A stretch of 64,000 nucleotides of DNA. Origin: an uncultured Chloroflexia bacterium (GTDB lineage Bacteria; Chloroflexota; Anaerolineae; CG2-30-64-16). Below, one piece after another: positions 55,926-64,000 of this stretch. Position numbers and translations under genes: made by a program. The first letter of the stretch is position 1, and the number at the start of each line of letters is the position of its first letter. Where the stretch lies: assembly GCA_963810095.1 (NCBI GenBank), contig CAWEMM010000010.1, forward strand, positions 128,001 through 192,000, in the 5' to 3' direction. The notes below the pieces were generated by a model. It did not search any database. It worked only from the letters and a program-made list of their open reading frames with translations, and was not told the DNA's origin.

Positions 55926-58731
55926 ATGAAACTTCGATTCCTCGCGGTCGCACTGCTCCTACTCGGGCTCCTTGCGCTCGCCGCCCTCAGCCTCGCGCAG
56001 CCCGGATTTGCGTTCGACGATCCCGTCGGGGCCGAGCCGGCCTCCACCCCGGGTGACGCCGGTCAGTCCTGCACGCAGGAGGACCCGGCTGCAGCGGACG
56101 AGCTGGCGCGCGCCGGGCTCGCCGTCGATCGGGTGCTGTCGGTGCAAGGGGTGGCGCCCGGTAACACGAACCCCACCGTCTTCTACTTCACGCCCCCCCA
56201 GCCGGCCCAGCCCGCTTCCCTCACGCTGACCTACGTGTACGGCCTGACCACCCCGCGCTCCTCCGTCGGGCTGCGCATCGTGCGCAACGGGCGGGCGGTT
56301 GGAACAGGGCAGACGACCAGCGACGCGGCCGGGAAGTATGTCTTCTACCCCCTCCGCCACCCCTGCGTGCCCATCGGCTACGAGTGGGTGCTGCAGGGGG
56401 GCGACGTGGTCGAGGTCACGGCCGCCGGCCACACCGTGTCGACGACCATCGTGCCCCTGAACGTGTGGATGGACCCGTTCAGCAACACGGTCGCCGGGAC
56501 CACGGCCCCGGGACGGGAGGTCCTGGTGACGGCCGCTCAGGCGCAAGCCGACCGGTGCAGCCCGCTGCAGGTCGAGAAGCTGGCGACGTCGGCCCCCGAC
56601 GGCAGCTTTACGACCGACTGGAACGGCAGGCTCGACTTCGACCACAGCGCCAGCAGCACCGTGTGCTCGCGCGACCCAAGCGGCAACGGCGCCTGTCTCT
56701 ATACGGAGGCGTTCCACATCGCCCTCGTCCCGACGGGGTACAACGCTGGCTTTCAGGGGCAGGTGAAGCCATCTGCGCCGTACCAGGTGACCCGAGTGCG
56801 GAACGGTAGCGCCTTGGTCGTCGCGACCGGGAATGCATCGGCGACGGGCACCCTTACTGAGCACCCGGACGATCTGCAGCCAAACGACGTTTACCGGCTG
56901 TCGAGCGGCGGGATGGTCATGGAGTACCAGTTCCTCCCCTTTGCCGCTTCGCTGGACGCGACGAGCGATCGTGTGACCGGGTCGATTGGGCCCGGCCGCT
57001 CGATTCGGGCGAACTTCGTCAGGCGGGGGTACAGCATCTCCGCGCCCTACCACCAGCCCACCCTGAACGCATGCGGTGGGGCTTCGAGCTGCCGCTCGGC
57101 CAGGTCGGATGCGTCCGGCGTTCAGCATCGACGATGGGCTGGACATCCTGCGGGGCGACTACGTTGCCCTCACCGCCTACGACGCGAACGGCAACTGGCA
57201 GGAACTGCCTTTCGTCAATGCCCCGGCCATCTATGTCGACCCGGTGCGGAGGACGGTGCAGGGCTACTGGGTGGCCATCCCCGGATACACGCTGTCCCTG
57301 CGCTTGCTCGGTCCGGCCGGCGAGGTCAAGCGAACGGAGTCCTTGCTGTACAGTCAAAGCGACGGATCGTTCGGCGGCTGGGCCTCCGCGTCCATCGAGC
57401 CTGGGGATCGGATCGAGGTGACGGACCCGAGCGGCGTGCTGACCGAGACGATGACCGTCCAGCCCCTCACCGCCCGGTTTGACGCCGAGAGCAGTCACAT
57501 CACGGGCGCATCGACTGGGGGTCGCCTGGTGGCCCTGCCGTGGCAGCAGGGCTGCGCTTACTACGGTCCCGCGACCCATCGGGCCGACGTGTGCCAGGAG
57601 GCCGAAGCCTCGCCGGGGGCCTACGGGCTGACGTTCCCCGGCTTCGCTGCCCGGGCCGGCGACTACGCGGTCGTGAGCCTGCGCGGGCCCGACGGTCACT
57701 ACACGCTGCTTCACAGCCCGACCTTCCAGGTGCGCTGGAGCCAGATGGAGTCCTACCCGTACCTGACCGTGCGAACGAAGAGCCCGAATGCCACGGTGCA
57801 GGCGTCGGCCACGCACGGCGGCAAGACTGAGCCGCTGGACTGTCAATTCGGCACCTCCGGTTACGCGAACTGCACCCTGCCGAACGCAACTGAGCGGCTC
57901 CAGCCCGGCGACGTGATCCACGTGACCACTTCCGACGGCGACCAGCTTGCGCTGGACCTCCCCGACTTCACCGCGAGCGGGACCAACACCCCGCCGAGCA
58001 TCTTCGGGAACGCGCCGGACGGCGGGGAGGTCTCGACGGAGATGTACGAGGTGGTGCGCGTGCTGGACGGCGGGCCCTACGGCGCGCCGTTCAATGGGCC
58101 GTACCTGAGCAGTACGAGCCGCGTCCGGGTCAACGTCCGGCCGGATGCGAACAACACCTATCGCGCCCCGTTCGCGGCCCAGTGGGCGCCGGCGACTTCT
58201 TCCGCGTCCCTGTGCTGGCCCGCCCACCCCGGCAGCCCGTGCGCCGGCACCGGCGCTTTGTACTGCACGCCGGCGGGGCACCAGGTCTACATGGAGACGC
58301 AACCGCCGTATAGCATCGCCGCGGATACCTTTGAAGACGACGATGTGTCCACGAACGCCAGCACATATGCCGGGCCACAGCACCGCACCTTCGATTGGGA
58401 GGGCGATACGGACTGGGTGCGGTTCGAGGTGACGCCGGCCGCGATTGCCAGCGGCAGCTCCTACCGGATCGAGACCACCGGCCTGGCCTCGGGCGCGATC
58501 CAGGATGTCGCCCTATTCGGGGTCGACGGGCAGACGCTCATCCGGGCGTGGCATGTCGAGAGCAAGTACGGCCTGCCCGGCTTCTCCGTCTGGACGCCCC
58601 CAGGGCCGGGCATCTACTACCTGCGCGTGCAGCGCCCGGCGTCGCTGGGATCCGTCTACTGTGGCGACGTGTATGACCTGCGCGTCGAAGAGGTGCAAGG
58701 GACGAGTTTCCTCCCACTGCTGCTGCACTGA
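55926..58731 (+). CDS. Large secreted beta-rich repeat protein with C-terminal PPC-like domain (frameshift near 57120)
   Basis: Signal peptide; recurring LQPGDxIxV...D...VxG repeats; D.FE.DD...DTDWVRF...YRIET...YYLRV; ends FLPLLLH. Confidence 0.8.
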
Positions 58732-60601
58732 TGCGACGTCCGGCCGGATGGAGCTTGAAGAGGTCGGGTGGCTGGCGGCAGCCGTCCTGGCGCCGCTCGT
58801 CCTCAATCCGGCCGGTTGCAGTGTGTTCGAACTGCCCAAAGCCGTCGTCGTGCAGGCGTGCGCGCTGGCTGCATGGGCGCCGGTGGTCGTCTCGCGCAGG
58901 GGAACCGGCCGGCGCAGCCCCCTGATCTGGCCGCTGCTCGCCCTGGCGGGGATCGCCGTCCTCGCGTCCTTCGCCTCCATCGACCGGGGCCTCAGCCTGT
59001 GGGGCTCGCTCGACCGCCAGCAGGGGCTGCTCACGCTCCTGGCGTATGCGGCCCTGGCGGCGGCCGTGGCCGTCCGCCTTCGCACGCCCGGCCAGGCCCT
59101 GCGGCTGCTCCGCGCTGGTGTGGGGCAGCGCGCCGGTCGTCCTGTACGGCCTTGTCCAGGCGCTGGGCGTCGATCCCGTCCCCTGGCAGACGGACGCCGC
59201 CTCGCGCGTCCTGTCCACCGTGGGCCGGGCGAACTTCCTCGGCTCCTACCTGGTCCTCGTCTTCCCCCTCACGGTCGTTGCGGCCTGGCTGGCAAGCCGG
59301 AAGTGGCCCTACTGGCTGCTGCTGGCCGGACAGCTCGCCGTGCTCGGGGCTGCGGCTGCCCGTTCGGCGTGGGCCGGCGCAGCGGTCGCCGGGGTGGCCC
59401 TGGTCCTGTTCTGCGCAGTGGCCTTGCGGCGCAGGCGGCTGGCCTGGGCGGGCGCGGGGCTGGCCGGCATGTTGCTGCTGACCGTGCTCCTGACCGGCCT
59501 CGGAGCAGTGCTGCCGGGCGTCGGACGGCTCGCATCGCCGGCCGGCACCGGTTCGGGGGCGGCCCGCCTGACGATCTGGCGGGCCGTGCTGCCCCTGATC
59601 GCCGCCCGGCCCGCTGCTCGGCTACGGACCCGGAGACGACGCAAGCCGCCTTCCTCCCGGTCTACCCCCCGCAGCTCGTTTACTACCAGGGTCGCGACGC
59701 CGTCGTCGACCGGGCTCACAACGTCTGGCTCGACCAGGCTCTCAGCACCGGGCTGCTCGGCGTCCTTGCACTGATCGCGCTCCTGGCCGTTGCGGGCCGG
59801 CAAGGGGCGCGTGCGCTCCGCAGCGACCCCGATCTCCGGGTCCGGCTCCTTGCGGCCGGCGTGCTCGCCGCGCTGGCCGGCCACCTGGCCGATCTGCAGT
59901 TCAGCTTCGACCTGACGACGACGGGCACCGTCTTCTTCCTGCTGGCGGGGCTCAGCGCCGCGCTGGGCGAGGGCTTGGATGAGCGCCTACGCGTTCCCGC
60001 CCGCAAGGAGCCGGTCGCTTTGGCCGCCGCGTTTGGCGTCGCCCTGGTCGTCTTCGGGGTGTTGGGCGCACGACCGCTGCTGGCCGACGCGCAGTGCGGG
60101 CGGGGCCACGATGCGCGGCGCCCCCCTGCGGCCCGCCTGGCGGCCGCCGAGGCAGCGGTGAGCACCTGGCCCGTGCAGGCGGAATATGCGAGGCGTTTGG
60201 CCGTTGCCCGCGCGCAGACAGGCGACTTCGGGGGGCGGAACAGGTGCTCGTCCAGGTGACGCAGGCGCAGCCGAGCGACCCGAACGCGCACGCGCTCCTG
60301 GGCGATTTCTACGCGGAGAGGGCCGGGCGTGAGCCGGGTTACTGGCCCCGTGCAGAGCGGGAGTACCGGAGCGCCATATCCTTAGCGCCGAACATCGCCA
60401 CCTTCCATGTGGCGCTCGGTGCGGCGCTGGCGGTACAGGGGCGGCTGGAGGAGGGGATTGAGGCCCTGGAGCGGGCTGCCGCGCTGGATGCCACGAGCGC
60501 TGACGGCCTATCGTTACCTGGCCGAGCTGTACGGGGCGGTGGGCCGGCCCGAAGACGCCCGGCGGGCTGAAGAGGCAGCCCGGGCCCTGGTGAATCCCTG
60601 A
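58731..60601 (+). CDS. O-antigen ligase/O-oligosaccharyltransferase-family membrane protein with C-terminal TPR repeats (multiple frameshifts)
   Basis: FELPK, SLWGSLDRQQG, STVGRANF, ARSAW, RLTIW, DRAHNVWLD...GLLG, then TPR-like helices. Confidence 0.85.
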
Positions 60602-60626
60602 GCTGCCTCCCAGCGTTAACGGGCCT

Positions 60627-61586
60627 TTACTCCCACTTGCTCACTTCGTTGAGCGCGGCCATCTCCTCGTCGGACAGCTTCACGCCCGCCCCACCCAGGT
60701 TCTCGCGCAACTGCTCGACGCTGTTGGCGCCGATGATGGGCGAGGTGATGACGGGCTGTGTGAGCAGCCACGCCAGTGCGGCCTGCGTCGGCGTGAGGTT
60801 GCGGCCCCGAGCGACTTCCTGCAGCTTGTCCAGGATGCCCCAGCCCCGGTCGTTGAAATAGCGGGTCTTGATGCCCTCGACGCGGGCACCCTGCGCCTCC
60901 GCACCCCGCTGGTATTTGCCCGTGAGGAAACCGGCTGCGAGCGGGCTGTAGGGGATGACGCCGATGCCCTGGTCCTTGCACAGCGGCAGCAGCTCGCGCT
61001 CGAACTCCGCCCGGTTCGCCAGGTTGTAGTGCGGCTGCAGCGAGTCGTACCGCGCCAGCCCGTGCTTCTCGCTCGTCCACAGCGCGCCGCACAGCCGCCA
61101 GGCCTGGATGTTCGATGCGCCGATGTAGCGCACCTTGCCCGCCCGCACCATGTCGTCCAGCGCCCGCAGCGTCTCGTCGAAAGGCGTCTCCCGGTCGTCC
61201 GCATGGGTCTGGTAGAGGTCGATGTAGTCCGTCTGCAGCCGGCGCAGCGAGTCGTCGACTGCCCGCATCAGGTGGCCCCGGCTCAGGCCCTCGCCGTTCG
61301 GCCCCTCCCACATGCGGCCGCGCGCCTTCGTCGCCAGCACGATGTCCTGCCGGTTGCCGCGTGCCTGCATCCACCGGCCGATGATCTCCTCCGAGACGCC
61401 GCCCGGATTGTTCGGCGCCCAGCGGCTGTACACGTCGGCCGTGTCGATGAAGTTGCCGCCGCCCTCCACGAACGCATCCATGACGGCGAAAGCCGTCTGT
61501 TCATCGGCCGTCCAGCCCCATTGCATCGTGCCCAGGCATAACTCGGAAACCTTCAGCCCCGTTCTTCCCAATCGCCTGTATTCCAT
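60627..61586 (-). CDS. Aldo/keto reductase
   Basis: [44 protein letters not shown]. Confidence 0.96.
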   Translation of the reverse strand: MEYRRLGRTGLKVSELCLGTMQWGWTADEQTAFAVMDAFVEGGGNFIDTADVYSRWAPNNPGGVSEEIIGRWMQARGNRQDIVLATKARGRMWEGPNGEGLSRGHLMRAVDDSLRRLQTDYIDLYQTHADDRETPFDETLRALDDMVRAGKVRYIGASNIQAWRLCGALWTSEKHGLARYDSLQPHYNLANRAEFERELLPLCKDQGIGVIPYSPLAAGFLTGKYQRGAEAQGARVEGIKTRYFNDRGWGILDKLQEVARGRNLTPTQAALAWLLTQPVITSPIIGANSVEQLRENLGGAGVKLSDEEMAALNEVSKWE

Positions 61587-61603
61587 CTGTCGCTCCTTCC
61601 CGC

Positions 61604-62074
61604 TTATTCTTGCATCTGACCTGTCTTCACTGCCGCTTCGAGATCCCTCATCCGGTGGTACGCCGAGTGGCCGTCGATGTCGAAGGGCCAATCTTTGCCA
61701 TGTTCCCGGCCGCTGAAGTACGTGTCCGGCGCCTCATTCAGGGCCGCCAGCAGCTCTTGCTGCACCTGCCGGTGCCAGTCCAGCACCTCCTGCGGCGAAC
61801 GGTCGCGCCACTTCTCCCAGATGACCCGGTTCATCTCGTGGAACTCCAGGCCGCGTTCCTCGGGCGGCCGGCGCTCCTTTCGGAGCCCGCGTACCGTATT
61901 GGCCTTCCAGTACGTGATGTGAGCGAGCGCGTCCTTAACCGTCCATGGGTCCCGGCTCTCAGGCCGGGGCACAGGGCGGTCCCAGTCCTCGGCCGTAAAG
62001 CCCGTGAGCAGGCGGTCGAGCAGCTCGAACTCACGCATGACCCGGTCGATCACTTCCTCGCGTGTGTGAAGCAT
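61604..62074 (-). CDS. DinB/ClbS-like four-helix bundle protein
   Basis: [10 protein letters not shown] and C-terminal HxxxH metal-binding His triad. Confidence 0.85.
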   Translation of the reverse strand: MLHTREEVIDRVMREFELLDRLLTGFTAEDWDRPVPRPESRDPWTVKDALAHITYWKANTVRGLRKERRPPEERGLEFHEMNRVIWEKWRDRSPQEVLDWHRQVQQELLAALNEAPDTYFSGREHGKDWPFDIDGHSAYHRMRDLEAAVKTGQMQE

Positions 62075-62172
62075 CTCGCTAGCCCCTTCCGCAACAAGGA
62101 ACGAGAAACCAGGTTTCAACGCCAGCTTTTTCGCTGGCGCATACCTGGTTTTTGATGCCTCGCCCCTACGAT

Positions 62173-63384
62173 TCAGGTCCGGTAGTGCCCGTTGATGTCG
62201 ACGTACGCGTGGCTCAGGTCGCAGGTCCACACCGTCGCACGGCCCTCGCCCAGGCCCAGATCGACCGACACCGCAATCTCGGGCCCGCCGAATACCGCCG
62301 TCGCCGCCTCTTCGGAGTACGGGAGCGGCCGGCCGCCACGGACGAGTTGAATGCGCTCCGCGCCCGAAGGCGCTTCGTCCACGCCCGGCGCGATCCACAG
62401 GTCCGCTTGCGCCGGGTCCACGTGGGCCCCGGAATACCCGACCGCCGCCAGGATGCGGCCCCAGTTGGCGTCGCCGCCGTAGAATGCGGTCTTCACCAGC
62501 GGCGAGTTCGCGACCGCCTTCGCTGCGGTCCGGGCTTCGTTATCGGACGCGGCGCCCGACACCCGAACGGCAATGAACTTCGTCGCACCCTCGCCATCCC
62601 GCACGATCTGCTGCGCCAGGTCGGTGCAGAGCCCGGTGAGCGCTGCGGCGAACGCGTGCTGGTCCACCGCCCCGGCTGCGCCGTTCGCCAGCGCCAGCAC
62701 CGTGTCGTTCGTGCTCATGTCGCCGTCGACGCTGATGCAGTTGAAGCTCACGTCGACTGCGGCGCGCAGCAGGGCGTCGAGCGCCTGCGGCTCGAGCGCC
62801 GCATCGGTCGCGATCACGCTCAACATGGTCGCCATGTTCGGGTGGATCATGCCCGCGCCCTTGGCCATGCCCCAGATGACGGCTTCCCCGACCCGGCGAG
62901 CGGCGACCTTCGGCCGGGTGTCTGTGGTCATGATGGCGTGCGCCGCGGCTGCGGCGCCCTGCGCGGCTGCCGCCGTATCGGACGCCAGGGCGGCTGCTGC
63001 GGCCCGTGCGCCTTCCGCAATCAGGTCCATCGGCAGCCGTGGGCCAATCACGCCGGTCGACATGACCGCAACGGACTTGGCCGGCGCACCAAACGCCGCT
63101 TCGGCCAGCCGGGCCATCTCTGCCGCATCGCTCAGCCCCTCGTCGCCCGTGCACGCATTCGCACAGCCAGAGTTGATTACTACGCCGCGCAGCGCTGAAG
63201 CGTTCCCTACGAGGAGGGCGCGATCGTACAGCACGGGCGCAGCGGGAAACGCGTTTCGGGTAAACGTAGCCGCAGCCGCACACGAGCGGTCGCTTAGCAC
63301 GGCCGCGAAATCCGGTGCGCCGTTCTTCTTGATGCCCGCTGCCACGCCGGCGAAGCGAAAACCGTTAGGAAGGCGCTGCTCCAA
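62173..63384 (-). CDS. argJ: Ornithine acetyltransferase / N-acetylglutamate synthase
   Basis: NSGCANACTG, STGVIG, IMTTDT, KGAGMIHPNMATML, STNDT, DGEGATK, YVDINGHY. Confidence 0.97.
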   Translation of the reverse strand: MEQRLPNGFRFAGVAAGIKKNGAPDFAAVLSDRSCAAAATFTRNAFPAAPVLYDRALLVGNASALRGVVINSGCANACTGDEGLSDAAEMARLAEAAFGAPAKSVAVMSTGVIGPRLPMDLIAEGARAAAAALASDTAAAAQGAAAAAHAIMTTDTRPKVAARRVGEAVIWGMAKGAGMIHPNMATMLSVIATDAALEPQALDALLRAAVDVSFNCISVDGDMSTNDTVLALANGAAGAVDQHAFAAALTGLCTDLAQQIVRDGEGATKFIAVRVSGAASDNEARTAAKAVANSPLVKTAFYGGDANWGRILAAVGYSGAHVDPAQADLWIAPGVDEAPSGAERIQLVRGGRPLPYSEEAATAVFGGPEIAVSVDLGLGEGRATVWTCDLSHAYVDINGHYRT

Positions 63385-63416
63385 CGAAACCTCCGGTTAT
63401 GGGTAGAACGACGGTC

Positions 63417-63500
63417 AACACAAAGACACGAAGGCACAACGTTTCATGATATATGCTGAATCACTCGCGTGACCCCTTGTGTCTCAGTGCCTTTGTGGTA
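63417..63500. repeat. Palindrome of 9-nt tandem units, class B
   Basis: AACACAAAGACACGAAGGCACAA...CTTGTGTCTCAGTGCCTTTGTGGT. Confidence 0.75.
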
Positions 63501-63522
63501 ACCTCTGGCGTCCAACAGGCGA

Positions 63523-64000
63523 CTAGTCGCGCTTGAACGCCGAATAGTCCGGCGCCTGGTGCTTGCTGCGGCCTGTGCCTTCCACGTCGAGCATCGCCTC
63601 GACCTTCATGGGCAGGCCGAACAGCTTGATGAAGCCCTCCGCGTCCTTCTGGTTGTAGACATCCTCTTCGCCGAAGGTAGCATAATCCTCGCGGTAGAGG
63701 CTGTAGGGCGACTTCCGCCCGACCAGGCTCACGCTCCCCTTGTACAGCTTGAGCCGGGAAGTGCCGGTCACGTGCTTTTGGGTGACGTCGACGAACGCAT
63801 CGAGCGCGCTGCGCAGCGGCGTGAACCACTGGCCGTTGTACACGAGTTCGGCATACTTCAGCGCCAGCATCTGCTTGTACTGCAGCGCCTGCTTGTCCAG
63901 GCAGATCTGTTCCAGCCCTTCGTGCGCCTTGTACAGGATCGTGCCGCCGGGCGTTTCGTACACGCCGCGCGACTTCATGCCCACGAGCCGGTTCTCGACG
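63523..64000 (-). CDS. argG: Argininosuccinate synthase, 3' part
   Basis: [36 protein letters not shown]. Confidence 0.97.
   Translation of the reverse strand, partial: VENRLVGMKSRGVYETPGGTILYKAHEGLEQICLDKQALQYKQMLALKYAELVYNGQWFTPLRSALDAFVDVTQKHVTGTSRLKLYKGSVSLVGRKSPYSLYREDYATFGEEDVYNQKDAEGFIKLFGLPMKVEAMLDVEGTGRSKHQAPDYSAFKRD

Overview
High-GC chromosomal window of mostly housekeeping genes, probably from a Chloroflexota (Anaerolineae/Caldilineae-like) genome; the taxonomy is inferred from gene content and protein style. It holds the rplA-rplK-nusG-secE-tRNA-Trp-rpmG-tuf-tRNA cluster, cysS, thrS-infC-rpmI-rplT, proS, leuS, clpC, argG/argJ/argH and 7 tRNA genes. Accessory content includes a CsoR/CstR-like repressor-thioredoxin-ECF sigma-zinc anti-sigma operon, a split class I fumarase, a STAS/cNMP-PP2C pair, a secreted phospholipase D, a two-component system with two sugar-binding proteins and a YtfQRT/YjfF-like ABC transporter, a HerA-like ATPase, and a large secreted repeat protein next to an O-antigen-ligase/TPR gene. 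About 15 genes carry single-base frameshifts, most likely unpolished long-read errors. I found no CRISPR array, transposase, integrase or phage genes. The most notable observations are: (1) a complete Thr T-box separated from thrS by an inserted divergent gene pair; (2) face-to-face promoters whose -10 boxes form a RcnR/CstR-type operator over a putative thiol-redox cascade; (3) a ~120-aa unknown domain inserted in the LeuRS editing domain; (4) a shared [YF]LPL[VL]L[RH] motif on two exported proteins, one beside a candidate O-oligosaccharyltransferase; (5) a possible two-state RNA switch in the clpC leader; (6) several families of REP-like intergenic palindromes. All calls come from reading the sequence only; no database searches were run.
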